From: an uncultured Ruminococcus sp.
GTDB taxonomy: Bacteria > Bacillota > Clostridia > Oscillospirales > CAG-272
Reading direction: 5' to 3'
Assembly: GCA_902785485.1 (NCBI GenBank)
Contig: CACZZA010000001.1
Span: 1 to 51,222, forward strand
Length of the DNA stretch: 51,222 nucleotides
A program made the translations under genes and the position numbers. How positions within the stretch are numbered: the first letter of the stretch is position 1; every line of letters starts with the position of its first letter. Below are positions 9,225 to 17,940 of the stretch, one piece after another. The notes under the pieces are model-generated. The model made no database searches, was not told the origin of the DNA, and worked only from the letters and a program-made list of their open reading frames with translations.

Positions 9225-9475
9225 GCGCAAAAGAATAGGAAACCGGCGCGACTGCAAAGATCGCGCCGGTTTTGCCGCTTGGCTTTTGGGATCAAAATCC
9301 GATGCTCGTTATAACTGTGGACAGGGGTCTCCCTGCCACAGCCATTCGCTTTCGCCGTTCTCTCCGAACATTGTTCATGCCCCGGAGTCTCACCGCAGCT
9401 TCGCTGCGCTCGTCCCGTTTGTGGGAGTCTTGGCACGGTCATATCCTGTTCGGACGGTCATTCAGTTTTCCTTTG
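9225..9475 (-). ncRNA. Candidate structured non-coding RNA (mobile element-derived)
   Basis: Minus strand: TCCGAACA/TGTTCGGA long-range stem, CGCAGC-GAA-GCTGCG, GC-GAAA-GC, CTGTGGCAGG-GAGA-CCCCTGTCCACAG, final AAACCGGCGCGA/TCGCGCCGGTTT hairpin; no credible ORF. Confidence 0.45.
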
Positions 9476-9504
9476 AGGTAGTCTTCTTTGACTTTCCCGA
9501 GCAA

Positions 9505-9767
9505 ATAAAAAAAGCCGATTTACACAACCCCTTGCCGAAAGGATAGAAATACCCTTTCAAAGCAAGAAGTCATGTAAATCGGCTTTGTGATAAAGTCGAA
9601 GCCTGTTTGTGCGCCGTCCTGTCAACAGGCTGAAAACATGGGATGGCGTCGGCGTTTGATAGCAGCCGAAGCATTAGCGGCGACTCAGGCGCGCCGCAGC
9701 CCGTGGCATGAACCACGCAAATTTTTGCTTCTCGGATATTCAATTGTGTGCTTCCTAGAGAGGAGCA
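9505..9767 (-). ncRNA. Candidate leader/small RNA ending in a long terminator hairpin
   Basis: Directly downstream of promoter 9774-9802; ends in AAAGCCGATTTACA...TGTAAATCGGCTTT ~75 nt hairpin plus T-tract; no credible ORF. Confidence 0.45.
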
Positions 9768-9773
9768 TAAATT

Positions 9774-9802
9774 ATTTTACTGAACATTTGTGCGATTGTC
9801 AA
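9774..9802 (-). promoter_or_regulatory. Sigma-A-type promoter facing non-coding region
   Basis: TTGACA-17 nt-TAAAAT on minus strand. Confidence 0.65.
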
Positions 9803-9850
9803 GTCATAATGGTGGATCATTAGGGCCTGAAAGCACCGCTTGACCATCAT

Positions 9851-11455
9851 TCAATCTCCAACCATGTAAATACCATCTAAAGAATCTTTTACTTTTTCTT
9901 TTAGGTTGTGGGTGATAATGATGACTCCCAACGTGGGATCTTGAACAAGGTTCTGTTCTATCTCAAGGGCATTTGCCTCGTCAAGCGCAGATGTACCTTC
10001 GTCCAGTATAATGAGATGAATATTTCTCAGCATTGCCCTTGCGATTGCAATCCGTTGGCGCTGGCCGCCGGACATATTTTTACCATCTTCTTCTATGACG
10101 CTATCCAAACCGTTGGGTAATGAAGCGACATAGCTTTCCAGGCGGCAGCGCCGCAATGCGTCGTTTATCCTATCCTCGGGATAATCTTTTCCGAGGGTTA
10201 GGTTGAATCTGACGGTATCCTGAAATAGATACACCTTTTGCTCAACATATGCTATGTTTTCAAATATAATTTCCGCTGAAAGATCTCTTAGCTCAGATGA
10301 ACCGTAAAGGATACTGCCAGTATAGTCTGGCAATAGGCCCATTAGGAGCTTGACAAGAGTGGTTTTTCCGCTCCCGCTTTCGCCTACAATGGCATATTTC
10401 CCGTTTGCCCGGAATGCTGTATCCTTAAAGTGGAGCTCTTGACTGTCGCTGTAATGATAGGAAAGCCCTTCAATTCGGATTTCCTCAATCTCTCCGGGCA
10501 GCGCTTTCTTTGTTTCTTCCAATGAGTCCACTTTGAACTTCTCCCAAAGTGTCTTTGAAGCCTTCAGGCGAGTAAAAGAGCCTGCTGCTTCGCTAACATT
10601 CCCGAAGAAGCTTCCGGCGAGATTTCCCACGGCAAGGACTGCGCCGATAGGCGCTACACCGAGGATCGCAGCAAGCACGGTAAGTGAAAGTAGGATCGTT
10701 TGCCCCACAAGGCTCGTAGATATAACGAATGTCTGTACGCCAACATTTTTCTTTTGGAAATTGTAGTTGCTTTGCTCCAGCCGAGAGGACGAGGCGGCGA
10801 TTCGATTGGAAAACTCAGTAAGGCGATTGGACATCAAGAAGACCGGCAGGCCCATAACAGCATCCTTAAAGCTCTCAACACCCTTTTCCTGCGCAGCTGA
10901 CCTCTTTTTATTCTCCTTCTGCAGTCCTTTGGTCAATAGCTGTGGCAGAACAGATACGAAAAAGAAAAGGACTACAGCTGCGATTCCGACATAAATGCTG
11001 ATAAAAGATAAAGCGCAGATCGAGAACAGCGCCGTTACGGTACCTGATAATACGGAAAACAATGACGAGAAGGACTGCTCCATAATGGATTCTGTATCAT
11101 TCGTGAGCCAAGACACATAGTTACCGGAGTCCATATCCATAAACTCATCATAACGGATGGAAACGATTTTCCGGGAGATCATGCGCCTGAGATCGTTTTT
11201 CATAAATGCCATGGCTTTTGCCTTCAGCACCCCGGATGAATAGTAGAACACCAGAGCTCCCAGCCAAATCAATAGCACCAGTATACCATCCCTAATGAGA
11301 TCATCTACTGCATTTTCTGTGCTCTCATAACTCCGCACAATAAAAGAAAGGGAGTAGCCGGCGTAGACCATTGCGAAGGATGTGGCTATACTGATAACGG
11401 CACACAGTAGAAGACGCCATTTGTTTTTTGAAATGATTAGCCAAAAGTCTCTCAT
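9851..11455 (-). CDS. ABC exporter, fused permease/ATP-binding protein
   Basis: N-terminal TM domain; GESGSGKTT, MSGGQRQR, IILDEGTSALD, ITH. Confidence 0.92.
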   Translation of the reverse strand: MRDFWLIISKNKWRLLLCAVISIATSFAMVYAGYSLSFIVRSYESTENAVDDLIRDGILVLLIWLGALVFYYSSGVLKAKAMAFMKNDLRRMISRKIVSIRYDEFMDMDSGNYVSWLTNDTESIMEQSFSSLFSVLSGTVTALFSICALSFISIYVGIAAVVLFFFVSVLPQLLTKGLQKENKKRSAAQEKGVESFKDAVMGLPVFLMSNRLTEFSNRIAASSSRLEQSNYNFQKKNVGVQTFVISTSLVGQTILLSLTVLAAILGVAPIGAVLAVGNLAGSFFGNVSEAAGSFTRLKASKTLWEKFKVDSLEETKKALPGEIEEIRIEGLSYHYSDSQELHFKDTAFRANGKYAIVGESGSGKTTLVKLLMGLLPDYTGSILYGSSELRDLSAEIIFENIAYVEQKVYLFQDTVRFNLTLGKDYPEDRINDALRRCRLESYVASLPNGLDSVIEEDGKNMSGGQRQRIAIARAMLRNIHLIILDEGTSALDEANALEIEQNLVQDPTLGVIIITHNLKEKVKDSLDGIYMVGD

Positions 11456-12543
11456 CAGTTTCCCTCCTCATCGGTTAGCTTTCGGAAGAGCATAGAAAGT
11501 CTGCCATCCGTTCTGGCATCATTCTCTGATACATAGTAAGACAGGCCTTCCATTGCTGTTGTGCCAAAATCATCTGCCAGCATTGTTCCCTGCAGGGTAG
11601 TCGTAAATTGAAAACTGCCTTCAAGATAGAAGGAGGGGGCCAGATCAAACTGCCTTGCCACGGTAATCGCTTCCGAAAGAGCCTTTTCTGCTTCCTGCAT
11701 ATGGTTGAGTAGGATATTGATCGTTGCGATTTCACAAAGAATTACCGTCCGGCTCTTGTCAAGGCACTTGCTGTTCGCAGGGCTGCGCACCATTTCGAGA
11801 ATGTCCCCCAACATCTGCGCTGCAGAAAGAGCAGTATCATAATCTCTCCGGCTGCAGTAAACTGCCGAATAGCCTAAAAGGATGCGGAAAAGGCAGTCAT
11901 AGGTGGAAGCAAAGCTCCTGTCAAGATAGGAACATGCCTCGTTTTCTCGGCCAGACCTAACTGCAAGGATATAGCCGATATAGCTGTCATTTGAGCCGTT
12001 TATATTGTTCTCCTTAAGATAATCCAGCCCTTTGTTGAACTGGCCTAATACAATATTCAATAGGGCTATATTCCCAAGAATGCTGTTTTTCACATGGTCA
12101 GCCTGTGTATAGGGATCAAATAATTCAAGGGAACGCTCATACAGTTCAAGAGCTCTCTCACTGAGCTTGCGCTCGTGTGTGTTACTGCTGATGGTCATAT
12201 AAGCATCGGCGCTTGCTGTAACAAGTAAAAAACTATTGGGAAATCTACGGAGAGATTTTTTTATATGATCTTTACAAGCAGAATAATCACGCTGCTCCAG
12301 CAATGTGCCAATGACATCAATGCATTCGTCAACCTTTTTCAAGCTAAGATTTACACCCAGAAGTGTATCTGTTGAGACTCCAAATACCTCTGCCATTTCC
12401 ATAAGTACCTGAATATCGGGTGTGGAAAGACCTTTTTCCCACTTGGATATTACACCAAGAGAGACATCCAGAGCATCCGCAAGCTGTTGTTGGGTTAGAC
12501 CTCTTTCTTTTCTGTATGTGCGCATATTATCAGAAAAAGCCAT
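11455..12543 (-). CDS. XRE HTH regulator with C-terminal TPR-like helical domain
   Basis: RKERGLTQQQLADALDVSLGVISKWEKGLSTPDI...VSTDTLLG then ~290 aa helical repeats; GGAGG RBS; stop overlaps ABC start. Confidence 0.88.
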   Translation of the reverse strand: MAFSDNMRTYRKERGLTQQQLADALDVSLGVISKWEKGLSTPDIQVLMEMAEVFGVSTDTLLGVNLSLKKVDECIDVIGTLLEQRDYSACKDHIKKSLRRFPNSFLLVTASADAYMTISSNTHERKLSERALELYERSLELFDPYTQADHVKNSILGNIALLNIVLGQFNKGLDYLKENNINGSNDSYIGYILAVRSGRENEACSYLDRSFASTYDCLFRILLGYSAVYCSRRDYDTALSAAQMLGDILEMVRSPANSKCLDKSRTVILCEIATINILLNHMQEAEKALSEAITVARQFDLAPSFYLEGSFQFTTTLQGTMLADDFGTTAMEGLSYYVSENDARTDGRLSMLFRKLTDEEGN

Positions 12544-12749
12544 AATAATTCCTCCGGTTCGTTTGTAATTGCGGTATAGAGATGATGGCCGTCACGTCTA
12601 TTTAAATTATAGCGAAAAACCGCAGAAATGAAATAGACAACCATCACAGTTATAAAAATATTTTTTCAACGTCACGTTGATTTTTTTGAGTGACACTCTT
12701 CTGTCAAATTATAAAAAGCGGCGGAGATTGCTCCCCGCCGCCTGATACA

Positions 12750-13127
12750 TTATGCGTAGATCAGTTCATGATTTATGATTTTCATTGCCCGATCCCGGAT
12801 GTTATTCATCTTCTGCACCTAAAGCATTTGATCCTGAGCCTTGAGCTGTTCGGTGACGCCCTCACGGGCGGCAAACTGCTTTACCAGCTCAAAAAACATA
12901 GCTTCTGCCTGCTCGTTCAGATCGGCCAGATAACCGTTCAGTTTTCCGGTGACCTGCAGCTCGGTGTACAGTGCCTTACTGTGTTGCCGGAGATACCACA
13001 GATGCCGTTGTCCCCAAATGCCGATGGGGCGCTGTTCTTCATCGGGCAGCTTCAAGCGAGGAATGTAGTAATCGCCTTGCAGCTCGTACCAAAGACCAAC
13101 TTTCGTGTCATAGATATACTTTTTCAT
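12750..13127 (-). pseudogene. tnpV: TnpV-like transposon protein, interrupted by in-frame TAG
   Basis: YELQGDYYIP...IGIWGQRHL...GVTEQLKAQDQML*VQKMNNIRDRAMKIINHELIYA; TAG (12819-12821) sits where TnpV proteins have W(V), and the frame continues to TAA at 12750. Confidence 0.8.
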
Positions 13128-13295
13128 GATGTAATCCTCCAAATTAAGATTGATTTCTGCAATTCAATCATTCTGGCTGATTACAAAAGCCCGAAGGGAG
13201 GCAACTTCCTTACGAAGTGCCTCCCTTAAAGATCTTGCTTTTTTGTTCGGTAACTGTTTTTGCGAAGTGTCGCCGCGAGACCCGGAGTCGAAAGT

Positions 13296-14375
13296 TTATT
13301 TTACGATCCTCTCGTACATCGAGCGGAGGACTTCGGTCGTCAGTTCGGTCGGGAAGTTGCGGAGCCTTACGGGGTTGACGGAGTTCGTCAGAGTGTCGAT
13401 GTCGGTCGCGCGGTCGGTCGACTCCGGATATCCCATCTCGAGTTCGACGAGCAGAGCCTTGAACCAATCGAGGGTGACCGGGATCTCTTTGAGCGTTGCG
13501 GACAGATACTCGATGCCTCTGTGGTCGATGCACTTTTCGGGGTGATCGAGCATATATCCCCAGACCTCGGGCAGGCAGATGGCGACAGCCGCGCCGTGCG
13601 GGATCCTGAACAGAGACGTGATCTTGTAGCTCATCGCGTGAGCTGCGGTCGTCTGGGTGATGTTGATCGCCTGACCCGCGTAGTTCGCCGCGATCATGAT
13701 CTGATTTGCCGCCTCGTCGTCGTTCTCGAAGATGTACTTCTTGTAGTTCGCGACGATCATTTCAACGGCTTTGCGGGAGTAGACCTTGCTTTCGTCCGTG
13801 GAGTTGACGGACCACCAGGATTCGATGCCCTGGCAGAGCGCGTCGAGCATGGTCGCTTTCTTCTGCCTGAGCGGCAGGGTCTTGAGGACGCTGTGTTCGA
13901 GGATGACGTAGTTCGGAATGATGCTTTCGTGCGTTACGGACTGTTTCTTGCCCTCGAAATAGATGACGGCGTAGCGGGTGGACTCGCTTCCGGTGCCGGC
14001 GGTCGTCGGGATCGCGATAAGCGGGACTCCGCTGTCCTTGTATTCCTGTTTGAGGTAGTTTTCCTTCGGGTCCATCTTGCAGTAGAGCTTGATGCACTTC
14101 GCAACGTCGATGGTGCTTCCGCCGCCGATCGCGAGGATCGTGTCGCATCCGTTCTCTCTGTAAAGGTCAACGCCCTTGCAGACCTGCTCGTAAAGTGGGT
14201 TGGGGGTGAATTCGTTGAACAGGACGAGCTTGTCTTTGTGATCGAAATAGATGTTCTTTACCTTGTCGGGCAGAAAATCGAACGCTTCGTCGCAGACAAA
14301 CAGCATTTTTTTGGGATTGAGTTCTTTGAACAGCGTTTCAAAATATTCCGCGCCGGTCTTGATGATCTGAGCCAT
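13296..14375 (-). CDS. Phosphonoacetaldehyde reductase-like iron-containing alcohol dehydrogenase
   Basis: FTPNP, IGGGSTIDVAK, IPTTAGTGSEST, DALCQGIESWWSVNST, INITQTTAAHAMSYKIT...HG, VNPVRLRN; adjacent to AEP transaminase. Confidence 0.82.
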   Translation of the reverse strand: MAQIIKTGAEYFETLFKELNPKKMLFVCDEAFDFLPDKVKNIYFDHKDKLVLFNEFTPNPLYEQVCKGVDLYRENGCDTILAIGGGSTIDVAKCIKLYCKMDPKENYLKQEYKDSGVPLIAIPTTAGTGSESTRYAVIYFEGKKQSVTHESIIPNYVILEHSVLKTLPLRQKKATMLDALCQGIESWWSVNSTDESKVYSRKAVEMIVANYKKYIFENDDEAANQIMIAANYAGQAINITQTTAAHAMSYKITSLFRIPHGAAVAICLPEVWGYMLDHPEKCIDHRGIEYLSATLKEIPVTLDWFKALLVELEMGYPESTDRATDIDTLTNSVNPVRLRNFPTELTTEVLRSMYERIVK

Positions 14376-14468
14376 GATAATTCCTTCTTTCAGTCAGATT
14401 GAATAATGTCGGTATGCAAGACGAGACCGCGCCCGGGATGCGGGCGGCGGTCTTGGGTCTTTTTATAT

Positions 14469-15602
14469 TCAGTTCTTGTAAACGACGGGGGTCTTGACTC
14501 CGCACTCTTTGAGCGCTTCCTTGAAGACTACGAAGAAGTCCTTGATGTCAGCTTCGTCGATGGCGCCGAGCGAGCAGAGACGGAAGGTGTTGGTCGTGCT
14601 GATCTTTCCGGGATAGATGGTGAAGCCTCTCTCGTAGCAGTAGTCGTGGACCTTCTCAAAGCTCCAGTTCGGATCGTCCGGATAGATCGCGGAAGAAACG
14701 AGTCCCGTTCTCCACTCGGGTCTGATGACCTGACGGAAGCCGAGTTCGTCGAGTCCGGCGTTGATGGCGTTGAATACTCTCGTATGTCTTGCCCATTTTG
14801 CTTCCTCGCCCTCTGCCCAGTACTCTTTGAGCGCCTGGATGGTCGCGTAGATGGTCTGTACGGGGGGAGTGAAGTGCATCTCGCCAGTCTTCTCGAAGTA
14901 TTCGTACTGCATATAGAGGTTGCAGTAGTAGGATCTCTTCGGGAAGTTCTTGCTCTCTACGAGCTTTGCTCTGTTGCCGACGACGAACGAAAGTCCGGTG
15001 AACGCCATAAGACCCTTCTGAGCCGACGCCATACAGAAGTCAATGTTGTCCTTCTCGATGTCGATGGGACGCATAGCGTATGCGGAAGTGGTGTCTACGG
15101 TGAAGGTAGCGCCGTATTTGTGAACGATTGCGCCGATCTCACGGATAGGGTTCATGATACCGGTTCCGGTCTCGTTGTATGTGGTGTGGACGAGCGCGAC
15201 GTCGGGGTTGTTCCTGAGGGTCTCTTCGACTTTTGCAAGGTCGGGTCTCTCGTCAACGGGGAACTGGAGGTTGATGTGCGGCAGACCGTAGTACTGGCAG
15301 ATCTCGACCGCTCTCGCGGAGTACGCGCCGTTGTTGATGACGAGCACTTTTTTGCCCTCGGGGAGAAGGCTGTTGATGCAGACGTCGATGTTGATGGTGC
15401 CGCTTCCGCAGAAGAGGACGCTGGTGTATTTGTCAAGGTCGCCGTGTACGATCTTGACGAGGTCTTCGCGCAGACCCTTCATAAGGCCGGCAAACTCTTT
15501 TTCTCTCGGGCAGATGTCCGGTACGACCTGTGCGTACTTTACGGTGTCGGTAGTGGTCGAGGGACCGGGATTGAGCAGAATGTTTCTTTTGATGGGTTCC
15601 AT
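14469..15602 (-). CDS. phnW: 2-aminoethylphosphonate aminotransferase (PLP class V; PhnW/AepZ type)
   Basis: ILLNPGP, DICPREKEF, NNGAY, ETGTG, SAQKGL, FTPPVQ, GFTIYPGK. Confidence 0.9.
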   Translation of the reverse strand: MEPIKRNILLNPGPSTTTDTVKYAQVVPDICPREKEFAGLMKGLREDLVKIVHGDLDKYTSVLFCGSGTINIDVCINSLLPEGKKVLVINNGAYSARAVEICQYYGLPHINLQFPVDERPDLAKVEETLRNNPDVALVHTTYNETGTGIMNPIREIGAIVHKYGATFTVDTTSAYAMRPIDIEKDNIDFCMASAQKGLMAFTGLSFVVGNRAKLVESKNFPKRSYYCNLYMQYEYFEKTGEMHFTPPVQTIYATIQALKEYWAEGEEAKWARHTRVFNAINAGLDELGFRQVIRPEWRTGLVSSAIYPDDPNWSFEKVHDYCYERGFTIYPGKISTTNTFRLCSLGAIDEADIKDFFVVFKEALKECGVKTPVVYKN

Positions 15603-15642
15603 GTTTGTTTCTCCTTATATTGTGTGATTTGTAATATAGTTT

Positions 15643-17163
15643 TCAGTTGTTGACCGATATTTCTTCTTTTCCGGTGAGGAAACGTCTTTGCTTGAAGTAG
15701 AAGACTACTCCGAGGGCGATCCACGCGCCGAACATTATGTAGCTCGGCAGTTCAAAGTGGACTCCGGTGAGTCCGGGGATCGGGATGAGCTGAAGTCCCA
15801 TAAAGATTATGCTGAACGCAAGGCTCGTCCACGCCATGACCTTGATGAGTTTCGTCGCGTCGCCGCAGCGTTTAGCCGTGACTATCGTGCAGAGGGACGT
15901 GAACATATATCCGATGGAAGCGCCGATGGAGCTCATATCGACGAACCAGCCGAGCGCCTCGCGTCCGAGGATCGGTCCGAGCAGGCTGACCGCGATGCAG
16001 AAAAGCATTGCGTTCTTCGGGGTGCCGTGCTTGGGATCGACTTTGCCGAACCATTTGGGGAGATAGCCTTCGCGCCCCATCGAGAGCATAAGTCTCGACG
16101 ACGCAAGATAAAATCCCATGATGCCCGAAAGCACCGCGCAGGAGACGCCGACTCCGACGAGGATCTTGCCGAAGACTCCGAGCAGGTTCTCAGCCGCTAC
16201 GAGGACTACCCATTCGCCCGCCATTACCTGTTCGGTCCAGTTTTCGACCGCGGCGGCTGCGATGGTGTTGTTTGAAGTATATACGAAGCATCCGAACGCG
16301 ATCGAGATGACCATGATGAAGGATACTTTCTTGAAAGAGAAGTTGAACTCCTCCGCTTCCTGAGGGATGGACGCGAATCCGACGTACGCCCAGGGAGTGA
16401 TGGCGAAGGTCGCGAGGATCGCGGTCATGATGCCGGAAGGTCCTTCGTGGGGCGTTACCGCCACCTGAGCCAGGTCTCCGCCTTCCTTCGCGATCTTTGC
16501 GGCGAGCGCTTTGTCGTAGTCAAAGCCCCATACGGGAGCGAGGTTGACGCCCTTCGCTTTCGAGCTGACGAGCGCCGAGACGAACAGTACGACCACGCTC
16601 GAAACGAGCAGGACCGTGAGGATCGTCTGGATGAATCCGGCTTTGTGTACGCCGATGATGTTGAGGTAGCCGAACAGGATGAGTATAGCCATCGCGAACA
16701 GCATCTCGCCGAGGTATATGTCCATTCCGGCTATAGTGTAGAGCGGGGACATCCCGAAGCTGAGGATGCGCTGTCCCGGACCGTCGAGTCCGTCGACGAT
16801 AAGTCCGATAGCCGTGCTGTTCATAGGCACGTTCGTAAGGTAAGCGACGACGAGGAACCATCCGCAGAAGAACGCCGCCTGCTTGCCGAAGCAGTTTTTC
16901 GTGAAGGCGAATTCGCCGCCCGCGACCGGGTATTTGGGTACCATGTAGGCGTACATGAAGGCGATTATCACCATCACGAGTCCGCCGAGGAGCATCGCTA
17001 TCGCGGTACCAGCCACGCCCGAATTAGGCAGGAATTTTTTGCCCGGGTTGATGAACGAGCCCCAGCCGATGATGCATCCGAAAGCGATCGCCCAGACGTA
17101 AGTCGGGGAGAGCTGCCTCTTCAGCTCGCCGTTGCCCGTACCGGTGTGCGTTTGTTTGTCCAT
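15643..17163 (-). CDS. APC family amino acid/amine permease
   Basis: WAIAFGCIIGWGSF, YPVAGGEF, WAYVGF, SSRLMLSMGREGYLP; about 12 TM; start at ATG 17163 after AAAGGA. Confidence 0.9.
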   Translation of the reverse strand: MDKQTHTGTGNGELKRQLSPTYVWAIAFGCIIGWGSFINPGKKFLPNSGVAGTAIAMLLGGLVMVIIAFMYAYMVPKYPVAGGEFAFTKNCFGKQAAFFCGWFLVVAYLTNVPMNSTAIGLIVDGLDGPGQRILSFGMSPLYTIAGMDIYLGEMLFAMAILILFGYLNIIGVHKAGFIQTILTVLLVSSVVVLFVSALVSSKAKGVNLAPVWGFDYDKALAAKIAKEGGDLAQVAVTPHEGPSGIMTAILATFAITPWAYVGFASIPQEAEEFNFSFKKVSFIMVISIAFGCFVYTSNNTIAAAAVENWTEQVMAGEWVVLVAAENLLGVFGKILVGVGVSCAVLSGIMGFYLASSRLMLSMGREGYLPKWFGKVDPKHGTPKNAMLFCIAVSLLGPILGREALGWFVDMSSIGASIGYMFTSLCTIVTAKRCGDATKLIKVMAWTSLAFSIIFMGLQLIPIPGLTGVHFELPSYIMFGAWIALGVVFYFKQRRFLTGKEEISVNN

Positions 17164-17311
17164 TTCGTGTTGTGTCCTTTCGGTGAAAAGAGTATGAAAC
17201 GTCCGCATTTTTGCTGCGTACGTAACGAACGCGAACGCCGTATTCCGACGTTCGAGCCGGAAAAAAATATCTTCCGGCTGCGTTTGTTACATAATTATTA
17301 TTGTATTTTTG

Positions 17312-17340
17312 ATTGTATCACCCGGCTCGTTTTTTGTCAA
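17312..17340 (-). promoter_or_regulatory. Sigma-A-type promoter of permease-phnW-reductase operon
   Basis: TTGACA-17 nt-TACAAT with TG extended -10 on minus strand. Confidence 0.7.
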
Positions 17341-17600
17341 GCGAAACGGGGTCAAAAAAAGGCAAAAACCGCCGTTTTTTCGCCCTTTTTTCCGACTTTG
17401 CAACGTTATTCCGCAATGATGGCAAAATAACGTTTTAACATGGTCGCGCCCGTTCCCGGAAATGGACGGGGAAAAGGAAAAAGCGGCTGTAAAAATCTCC
17501 GCTGAAGACAGAGCAAGAATTTAGCGGAGGAGAACGCAAGGGGAACCTTTTAAGGAAAGGTTCCCCTTGACCCCTCTAAACCTTTCAAAGGGGAAGGACA

Positions 17601-17910
17601 ATAAACAAGAATTTAGCGGGCTAACGACAGCCTTTACAGACGATAGCCACAGACTCTACCTCGAGCCGGCGAGCGAACGCCTATGTCAATAGCTCACCCC
17701 TCTGGGGGAGCTGTCAGCGCAGCTGACTGAGAGGGCACGCGTGCGGTTGGTTACTATTCGTAAAACCCTCTCCGTCACGGCGGGACGGACACCGCCGCGC
17801 CACCTCTCCCAAAGTGAGAGGTCCCCGTTAGTGGTCGCCTGTTGCCTCGAGGTGGAGTCTGTGGCTATCGTCTGTAAAGGCAATCGTTAGCCCGCTAAAT
17901 TCTTGTTTAT
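17601..17910. repeat. MITE/REPIN-like element with 65 bp terminal inverted repeats
   Basis: 17601-17665 and reverse complement of 17846-17910 match at 62/65 positions; interior has GC-rich REP-like hairpins; no ORF. Confidence 0.8.
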
Positions 17911-17940
17911 CTTCCCCTTCTGTGAGTTTTTTGAAAGAGC

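Larger units (their letters stand above)
9161..13245. mobile_element. Degenerate mobilizable-transposon/ICE cargo island (no recombinase present)
   Basis: Visibly AT-richer, different codon style from flanks; contains tnpV pseudogene, XRE regulator, ABC exporter; bounded by imperfect inverted repeats 9161-9205 and 13201-13245. Confidence 0.65.

Noticed and set aside
9272-9823. Short plus-strand ORFs (69-86 aa) in the island's non-coding end as possible peptide substrates
   Set aside because: No RBS, TTG/GTG starts, no leader-peptide features; hairpin content is better explained as RNA structure.
12690-13229. 179 aa plus-strand ORF
   Set aside because: Antisense shadow of tnpV.
14416-14462. 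Hairpin between phnW and the reductase as an operon-ending terminator
   Set aside because: No T-tract on the coding (minus) strand; more likely an mRNA stability or processing stem, and too weak to call.
17285-17299. 15 nt match (AATAATTATGTAACA) between the phosphonate operon leader and the XRE operator region at 4798-4812
   Set aside because: Only a half site, AT-rich, and a 15-mer match is plausible by chance in a window this size.
13260-17430. Long plus-strand ORFs (380, 415, 195, 327 aa)
   Set aside because: Antisense shadows of the reductase, transaminase and permease genes.
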